A stretch of 64,000 nt of DNA, from NCBI GenBank assembly GCA_016748015.1, contig JAAOMT010000760.1, positions 62,001 to 126,000 of the forward strand, written 5' to 3'. The stretch's first letter is position 1; each line of letters opens with the position of its first letter. Shown here in pieces: positions 43,101-57,299 of this stretch. Source of the stretch: Geosiphon pyriformis uo1. Lineage: Eukaryota > Fungi > Glomeromycota. A model generated the notes under the pieces. The model saw only the letters and a list, made by a program, of their open reading frames with translations. It had not been told where the DNA came from and searched no databases. The position numbers were made by a program, and so were the translations under genes.

Positions 43101-45497
43101 ATATATTAATTCTGTAATTTTCTATATTAGGATAAAATAGTGTTACGAGCCTCATAGTAAATAAAGAATCATTGGATCAAAATTGTTCCATGCACATGGT
43201 AACTGATCCCAAAATCATTATGCCACTCATTCAGAAGCTCAAAAGTTAATTAATAAAATTCTTATAATCAATTGAGCCTTCATTGTACCTTTTTTTACCA
43301 ATGAAACTTTCCCTATTGAACTATGTCGATTCTTGAGCACCCTTGGTTATACAAGTCCCAAATTATCACCATTATTAGAATGAGTTCAAATTTGACTGGT
43401 GACCACTTAATAAAGTTTATATGAATGAGAATCGGATATTCTTTTCCAGAAATCTTGGAATTTAGACAAGATTGCAATTTTTAAAGCTTGTGTAGGATTA
43501 AAAAATTTACTTATCGGAAATTGATCCTCAATTTTCAAGGCAATCTTTAATAATGAAGGGATTTAAAGTTATTAAAAATTCCGTCATTCATGTTAAAGCT
43601 TCGTCAGTGCGGAAGTTTTCTTAGCTCATGAACTCCTTTTTTTTTCTTTCCTTTTTAAGCCTCTTTGAATCCCCCATGGAGATAATTTTTCCCCAATATT
43701 ATTACAATAAATAAAAATATTAATCGTCAAAGAACCAAACAAATAATTCTCCGCAGTTGTTCACTAAAATACAATTGAATAAGATTTGAAAAGTTTTTCT
43801 CATATTTGGTACAGAGAAAAATACAAGCAGAAATGATTGATCGTGTTACAGTAATATGTATGAAATGTAACGATGAGAAAACTCATGTATTTTAAATTTA
43901 TTGATCATATGAACTTTTGATAATCGGGTGTTTAATGCAACTTTGATCTTCCCACAAATTGAACAAATGAATAAGGGTATCGATTAATCAGCTTTTTTAT
44001 TCGAGTTTTATGAGGGTTTTTACATGAACGAAATAGTCATCTTATGGCTCTTGGCAAGAAAATGGCAAAAATTTAATAAATTTATTTCATCGTTCTAATG
44101 TAAAACATGGGGTAAAAAAAATGGAAAGCACTGTCCGAGTTTCAAGCACATAAGTCTAATTGCTTTTGCCAATCTATTGTCTGTGCAAAATATTTGGAAT
44201 TTTTAGGTGCATATCGAATTTTCGCAATATGTAAACATGGCATATTAAATAAAGATACAATACATACAATTTACGAAAGTACACTCATGTATAATGAGAT
44301 TGTGCCAAAAAGCAAGAATATAATTTGTGGCACATCAACTATAAGTAGCACATTGTAATTTGTTACACAAGGTATTTACTTTGTGAATCTTCTTTAATAA
44401 AACTCACGTGTTGTTAGGTAGGAGTATCTAAAATTTTAAAAATTTTAAAAGAAGTATTTATTAAATTTTTCCTAACTAGATACAAGAAAAAAAGAAAAGA
44501 AATTGATTAATACAAAAATTATTTCTTATTCTAAATCATTATATTTATATAAATATAAATTTTTTTGATACTTTAAAAAGATTTTGTTTCTATATTTAAG
44601 AAAAAGAATTAACTACCAAATTAACAAATCAATTAGTAGCTAAATTAACGATTAGACTAAGAACTTAGTTAATAATCAAGTTATTATTAATCAGATTAAT
44701 AATAAAATTAATAATTAATTTTAAAATAAAAAGCTAAAATAGATAACATAATAAACAAAATATTAATTATAATTAAAAGTTAAATGTAAACAAAAATTTT
44801 AAATGATATTTTTTAATATTAGATTTATATGCAAAAACATTTAGTTTTTAAAATTTTTACATTTAACTTTTATAATTTTTATTATCTTTGTTTAAATTTC
44901 AGAATTTATTTAATTTTTTATAATAATTTTTATAACATATAAAAATTTTGGTGAACATATAATTTCGTATATAACCGTTTATTTCTTAATTAATCTTTTT
45001 TTTTTGTAATTTATTTTTGATATTATTGTAGTAAATGATAAATTAATTATTTCAAATGAATATAAAAATATTCGTTCAAAATTTTGAAGATTAGAAATAA
45101 TTTTTTCTATTAATTAGAAAAAAATCTTTTCTTATAAATATTGTATTTGTTTGAATATAAATTGATTGGGTTATTTAATTTAAAAAAATTCAATTTTATT
45201 AAAGAATTTTAAGAACATTGTAGTTGGTTGTTAAATATAAAAAAAACCAAGGCAAACATTTTTTTGTAAAATTAATAATTGTTTTAATTTTATAAGCAAA
45301 ATTAAAGCTTGATAATTTGTTATCACTAAAAGTTAATGCCAAAAAATATTTACACCAATAACAAGTTAATTTAATTATTAAAAATTTTTTTTTAATTAAA
45401 ACCAAATTTTAATTAATATATATATTTATATATATTTTCTTTTAATTAAAAAAAAAAATTGATTTAGATTAAAATATTTAATTAGTTAAAATCGTGT

Positions 45498-45600
45498 CTG
45501 GTCACATGTGTAAAGCGCATGAATTACTTTTAATTCAGGACATGTTATGGTCGTATTGTATAAGACGGTGATTGGGCTACACGTTAAATATAAAAATTTT
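45498..45600 (+). repeat. Dispersed ~100-bp repeat (LTR/TE-terminus-like), copy A
   Basis: ctggtcacatgtgtaaagcgcatgaattac...gtattgtataagacggtgattgggctacacgttaaa aligns with copies at ~48524 (+) and ~46690-46800 (-). Confidence 0.7.
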
Positions 45601-46529
45601 TAAATTTTCAAAATCTTCCATTTTTTTCAATAAATATTTAATAATAAGAAAAATTTTAAAAAATAATAATTTAACAAAAAACTAATTCAAAAAATTTATA
45701 ATTAGATATATTAATAAATGCCTAGATTTTTTGAATTTTTTATATTTTTTTTCAAATCAAAAAAAAATTATCTTTTAAATATTATTATTATAAATTAAAA
45801 AAAAAACATAATTGTTATATTTTGCTTAATATTATATTTATATATTCGTAATCAAATTTTATTATTTAAAAATATACTTTAATCTTAACATTTTAAGTAA
45901 TTGAATTTCAATTTATTTAATAAATTTTATTAAAAAAGCTTTGACAATCTTTAAATCTTTTTTGTTTAAATTATTAGTTAATTGTGATACGATTTAATTT
46001 AAACCAGCTTAATTGTTGATGTTTTCAAAAAAAGCAAATTAACTATTAATTAGTCAATAAAAAATTCTATTCCAATTCAAGTTTTAATAACAAAAGATGT
46101 AAAAATTATTATAAAAATTGAAATTAAAATTAATAACAAAATTATATATGTTTAATTGTTTTTAATGTAATAAACAAATTTTATGACTATTTTAATGGTA
46201 AATTATTTATTTTAAACAGCTAAAAAATATATTATAAATTGATTTTAATTTTTTTTTGATTAATTTTTTTACTATTAATTAATTAATTTATTTAATAATT
46301 GAATTGTTTTTCATATTCAATTACAATTTTGCTAAAAAAAAAAATTTTTTTCTAGTTACATATTATATTAAAAGTTTAAACTTTGTTTTAAACAACTTGA
46401 ATTTTTATGAAAATTAAATTACAAAAATTAAATAAAACAAAAGAGAATAATTTTTTGATTAATTTTTTAAGATAAAATATTTTCATTTTTATTTTATAAA
46501 GTATTTCTATAATTTTAATTATGCTTTAT

Positions 46530-46530
46530 A

Positions 46531-46598
<68 letters not shown>

Positions 46599-46624
46599 TA
46601 TTATTATTACTATTATTATTATTA
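46530..46624. repeat. (ATT)n microsatellite with ACT interruptions
   Basis: Seen directly. Confidence 0.95.
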
Positions 46625-46689
46625 CCATATTATTTAGTATAGTTTTTATTATAAAAAGTAATTATTGATTTCATTGTTAATTTAATAAC

Positions 46690-46800
46690 TGATCCGATTA
46701 TCAATTTTTTTATTAGTTTAACGAGCGAGGCCCAATCACTATCACTATCTAATACAATACAACAACCAAGTGTTTTAAATTAAATGTGATTCACGTTTTT
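46690..46800 (-). repeat. Dispersed ~100-bp repeat, inverted copy C
   Basis: Reverse complement reads aaaaacgtgaatcacatttaatttaaaacac...gtattgtattagatagtgatagtgattgggcctcgctcgttaaac. Confidence 0.65.
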
Positions 46801-48523
46801 TTGATTGTTTTAATTATTAAACATATTAATTTGCTAATTAATCTTAAAAATTATAGCTTGATTGGTAATATTTTTTATTTTTGCCAATTAATATTGATTT
46901 CTCATTAGAAATAGAATTCACTTTACTGATTCTAAAAATAAAAAAATAATTTAAAAACTTTTTTTCTTTTGTATTTTTATGTTATATTCAAAACAAAGAA
47001 TAAAAAAATTACAATTTCTTTATTTTCTAAATCACTTGATAATATTTTTATTAATAAAGTGTTTTTAATTAAAAGTTTTTTCTTATTTAAAGTTTTTTTT
47101 AAATAATTAACTAAAACCAATTTTAATATAGTTATTATTATTTTGAAAAGTCTTAAAACTTTTAAAGGAAAATAACTTAATAAGTTAAACAAGTAAAGTT
47201 ATATGCAAAAATATAATAAAAATTAGCCAAAATCTAATATATTAAGCAATATAATTATGTATTAATTAGAATTAATTTTAATAAACATATTATTATTATT
47301 ATTTAAAAGAAAAAAAAATTATTGTTTAATATTAGATTTAAATTAAGCATTATAATTAATATATTTGTTATAGAATTAATATAAACATTAAAAACCAAAT
47401 AAAGCTAATGTTTTATTTTTCATAAAAAGAGAAACAAATTTTAAAAAATAAGTGATACTTTAAAAGACATCAAAAAACCATATTTAAATATTTTAAAAAA
47501 ATTGGTTATTTTAAGAAAGATTATTATAAATAATATTAAAAATACTTATAGTATGTTTAATAAGATTTTTAATATTAGATTAAAACTTGTTAATTAATAA
47601 TAAGATAATAATATTTATTTTAAGTTTAATTTATTGGTTGGTCTTTGTTTAAAAAAACAATATATAAATTATTATTTTTTTTTTATTAAAGAAAAACAAT
47701 AATTTATAAAACATTTTTATAACCAAATTAATATATATTTTTTAATTATGCTGTTATAAAATTAGTAAACTGGTTTTTTAAATTAATAGTCATATTTATT
47801 TTATTTTTCAATTTTTCAATTTTATTTAATGTTTAAAAAATACAATAATTACTTTTGTGTTTTAAAAAGTTATAAATAATACTATTATTAAAACTGATAT
47901 TTTTAAAAAAAGTTATATATAATAAGAAATATTTTATTGTTAACACTATTTTAAATATTAAAATTTAAATTACTTAACAGCTGATTGTAAAGTTTTATAT
48001 AAAAGTTTTTATTTTTTTGGTTTTTTAATTTCTTGCTGTTTCTGATTTTTGCTTAAAATTTCAGATTGCTAATTTGTTTTTGTTAATTAAGTTTATTGTT
48101 AAGCCAATTGTATTTTTAATCAGTTTAATTATATTTTTATTATTAATTTTACTAGTCATAGATTACAAAATTAAAGAAAAATTTTTTGCTTTGAATTATA
48201 GTATTGGTATTTTTGGTAAAGTTGTTATTAATTTGAATTAATTTTAAGATAGAAATAAAATACATCATAAATAATGTTTAAAATAATATGTAAACTAATA
48301 TTATTAAAAGTTTATTTTTAAATAAAAAGACTTTTACCAAAATAATAGTGCTGTAAAAGTCAAATACTCTTAATATTAAGTCTGATCCTTAAAAGACTGC
48401 TGGTTAAATAAATAGCTTAATTAGAAATAAAAATACTTTTTGTAAGTATATACATAAAATAACTGCTCAAAATAGATTTATATGTTAAATTCAGCAAAAT
48501 GTGTTTTTAACTGGTTCGAGTAG

Positions 48524-48630
48524 CCAGTTATATGTAAAAAGCACATGAATTACATCTAATTTAGAGCATTTAATGTATATTGTATTAAATAATAATTGGG
48601 CCATACTTTATTAAAACATAAAAAAAAATC
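48524..48630 (+). repeat. Dispersed ~100-bp repeat, copy B (AT-shifted)
   Basis: ccagttatatgtaaaaagcacatgaattacatctaatttagagc...attgtattaaataataattgggccatac. Confidence 0.7.
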
Positions 48631-50701
48631 AATTATCAATAAATAAAACAGATTTAAAATTTGAAATATATAATAATATTTTATTTTTTAATTAATTATT
48701 TTTTATATAATATTTATTTAATAAATATATATTTGAATAATAAATTATTAATATAAATTCAAATTAATAACATAATTTTAAAAGTTATTAATAATATATT
48801 TTCGTAATTAAATTAATAAATATTTAAAATATAAGTGTTAATAGACATAGTATAATTATAATATGAAACAAGCACAAAAAAAATGGTTATAATTATTTGT
48901 GTTTTCATTCAAAATTTTAATATTATAAAAATTGCAAATTAACTAAAAATAATAAAAATTTAAAGCTTTTATTTGTCTATTTTTTTAATATATATAAATT
49001 CTCGTGATTGTTTTAGCTTCTTCGCAGTCTAAAACCATGAGAAAAAAATTTATTGGTAAAATTTGAGTTTAAATGAATTAAAAGTGCAACCCAAGTTTTA
49101 ATAAATTTTGATCATTAGTTCTCTAGTTAATAAATCTCCTGATGATCTATAGGTATTGCCTTGCTTACATTAAAAAGTTTGGGCTTTTAAAAATTATGTA
49201 AAGTTTATATTTACTGAGAATTGCTTTGATCGATTCAATTATATAAAGATGATACTGTGGATGGGTTCTAAAATTGAAACATGTGGTCCCATTTATTAAT
49301 AATATTTTTTTTCAAACAATCAAACAAAAGGATTTGTATTGTTAGCAGCTTTGGAATTGAAAAAGGAAAGGGAGGTCAAAAGTTCAAAGCCTCAAACCTG
49401 TCATTATCACTTTCGGCCACCAAAAAAATTTAAAAGTTCGACCTTTCTTGCGATTTCAATGAACTAGGAATTTCTATGAAATTGTAAGATATGTCGAAAA
49501 ATAGCTACTACTTTGAGATGGGAATTTTCTATGAAAATTCCTATCTTTTATCCTTACCCCCAATTTTACGAATGATGACGGTTTTTATTTTGTAAATAAT
49601 ATAATTCCGATATATCACTTTCTTTATATGAATATTTCATTTAAATAAAAGTTGTAACTAATGATCACAAGAAACTTGCTTTTATTAAGGGGCTATTTTC
49701 AATAATTGAACAAGATCTTTGATCTTAAATTTCGATATTGAATTTTAAGAATTCTCAGCAAGGGACCCTGGTTTTCAGACGATCCAACTAATTTTTGCAT
49801 GATGCAAGGAAACGTAACTTAAAAGTAGTTCAACCTAGATATTTGATGGAAGTTTCCGAGATTTTGTTTATCAACTAAAGGAGGATATCATGTTCTCTCG
49901 TGACAATCAATTCCCTCAATTCGATATGATCGGGGTTCAGAACCGGTTTTCAAACATGAAATATTTGGAAAAATAAAACTCGAGGCTTATAAAATTGGCT
50001 TATTAATTCTTTAAAAGCAATGAAAATGTAACCAGATAATTTCTGGCCACTCGGAAGAAAAAGTCTTTTTGAGAAAACATCACAAGTCACTGCTTTTGTC
50101 ATGATCATATAGAGAGGGCTTTGAAAGTTGAAGCAGTGATCGAGTTGTGATGTTGTGAAAGCGAATTATTAGGGAGTCAGAAAGCATAATAAAATATGTC
50201 CTGCAACACATAAATAAATAATACACAATAAGCAATTTTTCCAAAAAATGGAGAAACCGGCTAAACTCTATTTGTTCACGATGAGATTGCAGTCTGAATG
50301 ACCTGTTATTATCCAACCCTGCAAAGCATCATCATTATCATCATCATCATCATCCAAGCGGTGGTTCTTACAAGATTTACTTTTATAGGCTAGTACTTCC
50401 TACAAAAACTAACAAGTCAATGAATAAAATTCTTGCATTTTAGATCTTTTGTCTTACTACTTGTCACTCTCAGTGGTGTCTATGGTTACAAATATAAAGA
50501 GACCAATAGCGCTCTGAAAAAGAAATTTGAATAATTGATTAACAGCAATCATATGGAAACTCGCTTCTATTCATTAATTAATAATCTTCACTTTTAACCT
50601 CGAGCTTTTCTTTTCTCTCAATAAATACATACCCACAATACTTATATAAAAACGTTTATTCGTAAGAATCTTTATTTTCCTATAGTATAATATATCTGAA
50701 A

Positions 50702-52244
50702 ATGACTTCAGACATATTAACACCCTGGTCAACAGACGCCACTCATTTTGACCTTTCTTTTAAAAACGTGGTCAATGAACATAATGAAAAAGATATATTT
50801 GCCGAAGGTGCAATGATTTTACGCGCAAATTCACCTTTTTTTTTGAATGATGTATATTATGGACGTGGAAATCATACAGCACAACAACAACAACTTTTTG
50901 CTCAGAGGGTATTTGAATATTTTCCCACCACTACTTTTGAAAGTATTCTCACGTAAGTTATCTTGATTTTTCAAAGTTTATAAGAGTTACAAAAAAATTT
51001 TTCACAAATTCTGTAGCTTACTAAAAACTTTTTCATATCGCTTCAATTTCATTAGTTACACATATAACGGTACGGTAGCGTTAGAAGCTAGGAACTTTGC
51101 AGAGATTTTAGACTTATTACTTGCTTCTGGAGAACTTTGCTTGCAAGATTTATCTGCACGAATTCAAACCTATCTCGTTAATGATAATACCGATTGGACT
51201 CAAACACACTTTGCCCTTGCGTATCGTACCGCTTTTCAGGATGAGGCTTTCAGGATGTTACAGGTTTATTGCACAGAGACATTTGAAAAACGACCAGAAA
51301 TCATATTCCGATCCAAGGATTTCCGTCGTTTGCAAAAGCGTATTCTTCTTCGTCTACTCAAACAAAAAAACCCCACGATCCCTCAAGTGGAAATTTGGGA
51401 ACGATTAATACATTGGGGTATATACCAATCACCAAATCTACAACATCTTGATATGGAATCATGGTCATCGACACATTGGTCCGATTTGAAACGTATTATT
51501 CGTGATTGCGTCCCATTAATTAGGTTCTATAAGATTTCCGCACATGATTTTTACGAAAAGGTGATCCCATTCGAAAAGGCTTTGCCTCGTGCCATTTTTC
51601 ATGATATCTTGCGACATTATTTGGTTCCTCCACCCCCGCCTCAATACACCGCCTTTGCACCGCCTCCACCTTACACGGGTATAGATTCGCAAATCATTAA
51701 TGCGCAACAAGTTGGATTAATTTCTAATTGGATTTCATGGTCCAAGCAATCTCCACTAGAATCTAAAACTAGATTTCGATTCAATTTATTGCTTCGTGGG
51801 TCACGTGATGGATTTTCCCCTTTAGAGTTCCATAGTAAGTGCGATTGTAAAGGCCCCACCGTGGTCATAATTAAAGTAAAAGGCACAAATCAGATAATTG
51901 GTGGCTATAATCCCGACAATTGGTTATCAGAATTCAAATTCTTCTCGACCAGTTATCACAACACTACTGAAAGTTTCATATTCTCTTTGGGAGATTCAAA
52001 GAATAAGGAACCGATATATAGTCGAATCAAGGATTCGGCGAAAGCTATTGGGCAATATTCACATCTTGGGCCGGATTTCGGTGAATCTGACCTTTCGATG
52101 CAAGGCTTTAATTATTACGATGAGAAGTTATGTTCTTGCCAACAAGATTCCTATGAACGGAGTATAATGGAAGGCAGTGTCAAAGATAGGATCTACTTTT
52201 CTGTTCTGGAATATGAAGTTTTCCAGATTGTTCGAAATGAATAA
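50702..52244 (+). CDS. BTB(degenerate)-BACK-TLDc protein, 479 aa; exons 50702-50952, 51056-52244
   Basis: MILRANSPFF, TFESILT|YTYNG, EIWERLIHWG, IRDCVPLIRF, FNLLLRGSRDGF...FHSKCDCKGPTVVIIKVKGTNQIIGGYNP...ESFIFS...GPDFG..DL...EYEVFQI (TLDc signature). Confidence 0.92.
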
Positions 52245-53349
52245 CAAGAATAATTTAATCTGAATTTAGTTTTAATCTTTCAAGGACTTTATTTTGTGCA
52301 TATTCTCCTTTCTTTCTTTTTTTCTTTCTTTCTTTCTTTCTTCCCGAATCACATTTCTTGTAATATAACATTTAGACCAGTATTATGTCATCCACGTTCA
52401 TTACCATGCAGCATGATAGTATTGAAACTCGTCTTGACGAATAAAGCTTTCCCGACGCTTTCACATCTAAACCATAACATGCACATGTACATTCACTTGC
52501 ATATTTCCTTTTTCGTTTCTATACTTTATACATTCACTCTAACTAATTATAATCCTTTTGAACTCAACTGAGTTTTGTTAATATTGCGAAATACATTGAT
52601 GTAAATTTTTGAAAGGCAGATAGTTTCTCTTTTCCTTTTGCCCTGTCTCTTGAATATTCTTTTGTGACTGGTAGGTTTTTTTTCTTTTTTTGTGTTTCTT
52701 TTCTTTCTCATTTACTTGAATATCAAATAGAAATTTTTTATTTATCATACGTTATTGTAGCTAGGAATTGGTTTTTGGCCGCAGTTACTTGATTTTTTTT
52801 TTGGAATTAAGAAAATAAGATATTTTTCGGGAAAAACACAAAAATATTTTTAAAAGTGTCAAATGTTGAAGATTGAGAAAATTTAGTAGAAAATCGAATT
52901 AACTAACATTCAAACCAGATACTTGTAACCGCAATCAATTGATGAGTTTCTTTTTTGCAATAAAGTTTTCACGCGTTTTAATTGATGGTATCATGTTTCA
53001 ATATACATTCATGAATCTAAATTTTATTTCAGCGACAAAATCTTTTTTCTCCTCAAAAATTCATCCTTGTCTTGGCGGGGGTTCTGATAAACCAATTAAA
53101 AATCAATTGAGGCACATCCTAATGGGCATCAGAAATTTCCCAATATATAATTAGAAATTAGGAATCGCATGATTTAGTTGTGAAACTTTAATAGAGAATC
53201 GAAAGGTCTTCAAAATTTGGTACCGGTGTAAATTTCATAGATCAGATATTAGTTATCATTCAACTCGATTCTCGTCTTGTATGCAGTTTCTTCCGAAAAA
53301 AACTAATATTAGAGACCCACATCTTATGACTAAAATTTTAAGGTGAAAC

Positions 53350-53389
<40 letters not shown>
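53350..53389. repeat. (CAT)n microsatellite
   Basis: Seen directly. Confidence 0.95.
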
Positions 53390-53392
<3 letters not shown>

Positions 53393-55194
53393 GCGTTACA
53401 ATTAATGTTGCTGAAAAAATTCTAGAAACTTTTCTTGCGTCATAATTTTCAATCGTCATTAGCAATGTTGTGAGCAGAAAATAAATGAGATCAAATTTCG
53501 GCAGTGTGACAATGATCAACTTTCTGTCATTTACAGAAATGCTCGAAAAATCCTACTTTTTGGTAAAAAGTTGAACCGATTTCTTTTGAAATGAAATAAT
53601 TGAAAATTTCGTGTTCTATTCTCGCAGTAATTTTGAATTTCCTTTTTCGGGGAGATTTTCATTCAAGTTAATTTTTTTGTTTGTTTGTCAAGCTAGTTCA
53701 ACAATTTTAACAGAAAAGGTCTTTGTTTTATCATGTCAAAAATAGTATGTAAATATTATTTCGTTTGACGTGTTATGGTGCTAGAGAAAGACTGATTGAT
53801 TGATACTAACTATTCTAAGAAATCATGTTTACTCTGTAAAAACATTCTTTATTTTTCTGATCATTTTTAGTTGGGATAGCTATTTGATAGTTCATAAGTA
53901 TTCTAGGAAATCCAATAATTTTCCACGAATGTGGATATCCGATTCCCCGTATTCCAAGTTTATATCACTCGGTTTCAATGCGGAACGATTCTAAATGGTT
54001 TTAAATGGGTTTAAATGGTTTTAAATTAGTGGGAATAATTTAACTCGGAGAGTATGCAGGGGTGACATTTGGAAGCTTTTTAGCGCAGCAATTTATACAA
54101 ATAGGTAGGATTAATTGTGGGACACGTTTTTCTTCGATTGGTTAATAGGTGGGAGGGAGGAGCAGAGAGGGGGAGGCGAAAGAATTCAACATAAAGATTA
54201 CGAATCTTTCTTTTTATGAAAACCATTTAACTTAGCTAGTCTGATCAATCAAACTTTGAATAGTGCGATTGATTTAACAATTGGAAAGAATTTTTTTTTT
54301 ATATTTACAAATAAAAGATTATCATGACTTTTTGATACTGCCAAGCTTTACGAAAATGCAAATGAAAATGGATAGTTTAAACTTTGAGATTTTGTAATTC
54401 AATTGGATGTTATTTTCTCTCACGATTTGCCGATCATTTTAAAAAAAACCATTCAATGTTAAAGATGGCATTAAGATATCAAAATATAGCTAAAAATTTT
54501 ACATGAGAAAGTTGAAACTATATATTTTTTTTAGTGTGATTTCGATTATGCTATGCATAACACACGAAAAGGATCCCACGAATCGATAAACAATCAAAAA
54601 TCCCTTTTCTTTTTTTATCATTATTATTTTCAAAATTTCCTTTTCAATCAATCCACGCGTATAGAAAATAAGAATGGATGATTCAATTAAGTAAGGGAAT
54701 GGCACCACTCAACCCGTTTTTCAATGCTCGCGTTTCATTTAACTCTTTTTTTTTTTGATTGTTTTCAGTTTTTTTTTTTTTGAGTGCTAAACACTTTCAG
54801 AGCATGCTTCCGAATCTCTTTACTTAACATAGATTGCCAATTTGATCATACGGAACTTTGCTTTATATTATATTTCTACTTAACCCATAAATAGTCTATA
54901 TCATATCAAATAGATGCATTGATTTTCATTGCATAAATTAACTCTTCCTTTGCTCGATTACACTAAATTAAGTGAAACAAAAATTCTCCAGATGTAAATG
55001 ATAGGGACGCAGCCAGTTTGTGTTACTAATTTAAAAATAATGGCGAATTAAGAATATTTAAAACTCAGACGAACCTAGTTTATTAACCTTGTTTTTATTG
55101 TTTTGTATAACTTAAACGATTCCCTGGTATTGAAGTTTGGTGTTATACATGAAATTTAAGATTTTTCACTCATTGTCTTTGAATTCTAATAGTC

Positions 55195-55230
<36 letters not shown>

Positions 55231-57299
55231 GAATAATGTTATTTCAAAAATTTATGAATATTAAAAAATCTAAAACTAAAGGAAAGCTTTTAAAAAAGTT
55301 AAACTTAAAAAAAAAGAGATAAAAAGTATAATTCACTTATTGTTTTTTTAAAAAGTAAAAATTCAATTTTAGGCTTTTTGCTCATTTTCAATATTTTAAA
55401 TCTGAATCAAGACTAATTTGTATTTATTCAATCCAAAGTCAGGAATGTGAACATGTGCAAAGAAAAAAAAATTACTTAATGTTGTGTAACTTAAAAATCG
55501 CTTGAGTTGAACGCATCGAAAACTATAATAATTTAGGGTTCGATATAATTGAATAAAATACGAAATATTGTTTTTTAAAATGAAAAAAAAAATACAATTT
55601 TGATTTTTGGATTTTTTCTAATAGATCAGTTATAATATAAAAAATTTTGTCAATTATCTATTACCATTTTAATTTTTAAAAAATAATAAGAATAAATTAT
55701 TTTTATATGTTGAAATATATTGAAAACCAGAATACAGTATATATATTAATTATAAAAAATAAAAAAATAAAATGTAAATTATTTATTACATAATCTTACC
55801 CAAATAGGTGAAATTTTGTTTAAAAAAAGCTATTAAAACCCTTTCTTTTAGAGAAGTTCTAATTGGGAAAATTACAAGTAAAAATTATAAAAATACTTAT
55901 TCAAACAAACTTGGGACATTAAAAATTTCGAATCTTTTTCATGTAGGCACCAAGTCTATGAAGGTACTCCTTAATAAACTGGACAGAAATTGGCATAATC
56001 AGTACAGTGAAGTTGCATATCGGAAAAATTTTAATTTGCAAGGCGTAGTGTGTTTTTACTGTACATTTCAAGATTTCACGACAGAAAAATCTTCATATTG
56101 ATTCCAAATTAGTCAAATGAATGTGCCAAGTATTTTTAAAAGATTTCTGAATAATTGATGAAATTTTCAAGACAATATTTTAATATTGGTTATATTAAAT
56201 TTCTTTAACAAAATAAGTTTCGATAGCTAAAGTTTAATCTTTAATACCACGAAATTTTTACAAAGATTTTCATCAAATGATTCTGAAAACAAAATAAAAA
56301 AGATCTATTCATTTTGTAGTGCTAGAAGAAATATCAAGATGATCTAATTTCAGAAGTTATGTCGTTTGTTTTTGCGATACAACAAGTTAATCAATTAACA
56401 AGGTCATTTGATGATAAATTACCCTTAATAGGCTTTCAGTACATTTAATTAACCTGCCTAAGGGTTAATAACGTCGTTTGTTCACTTGAAAATCTGATCT
56501 AAAAAAAAAAAAAGAAGTGAAACATCGAAAGAACAGCATTGAAATTGGCCCAATTCCATATCTGAAGCTTTTCCATTCTGATCAGAAAAATAGTCTATTT
56601 CCAAATAATTATTTATTAGTAATTAAAATCAAAATTTTTTTATTTTATTTTATTAATTGTGAAATATTTTTAGTTTAAAACTTTGTTTCAATGTCTTCTT
56701 CGAATTAGAAAAAGGGTAATAAAAAAATTATCTAATTAAAAAAATGTAATGATGATGTAATTGAAGATAAGAATGGTGTAATTAGAAATGTAAGGTGTAA
56801 TTAAAAATATAATAATGACATAGTTGAAAGATATAATGTTTTTTGTTGGTAATTCTAATAATAAGTCTTAATAAAGATGACCAATGGTTACGAATATTTT
56901 ACATTATAATTTATTTATTTTTATTTTATTGGGTGTAAGTCCAACCGTCTTTATAATTATAAAAAAATTAGGTTAAAAAATTGATTGTATGAATTTTATT
57001 TTTATTGTTCAAATTAAAATAAACATAATTTTTATTTAAAATGATAAAATATTCAAATTTAAAAAATTCATAATTTAAATGTATATTAACTATAAAAAAT
57101 TTTTATTTTTTTCAAATAATTAAATAACTAAATTAAATAAAAAATTATATATTTAAATTAATTAATAATCAAGCCAATTAACAAGAAATTAATTTTTTTC
57201 GAATTTTGAAAAGAATTTTATGTATACTTTTTTAAAAAAATAAATAATTAAATTTAATAAATTAAATTAATTTTTATTATTATTATGTTGTAACAAAGT

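Larger units (their letters stand above)
44500..49000. mobile_element. Extremely AT-rich, heavily decayed transposon-derived block
   Basis: No ORFs of credible composition, very few CpG, three copies of one repeat. The element class cannot be assigned from sequence alone. Confidence 0.45.

Noticed and set aside
50080-50353. 78-aa minus ORF and adjacent CAT repeat
   Set aside because: No domain or splice support; lies in the upstream region of the TLDc gene.
54147-54178. G-rich purine tract as a G-quadruplex
   Set aside because: Fewer than four G3 runs and no associated gene.
55808-56101. 97-aa ORF
   Set aside because: GTG start, no motif, composition matches AT-rich intergenic DNA.
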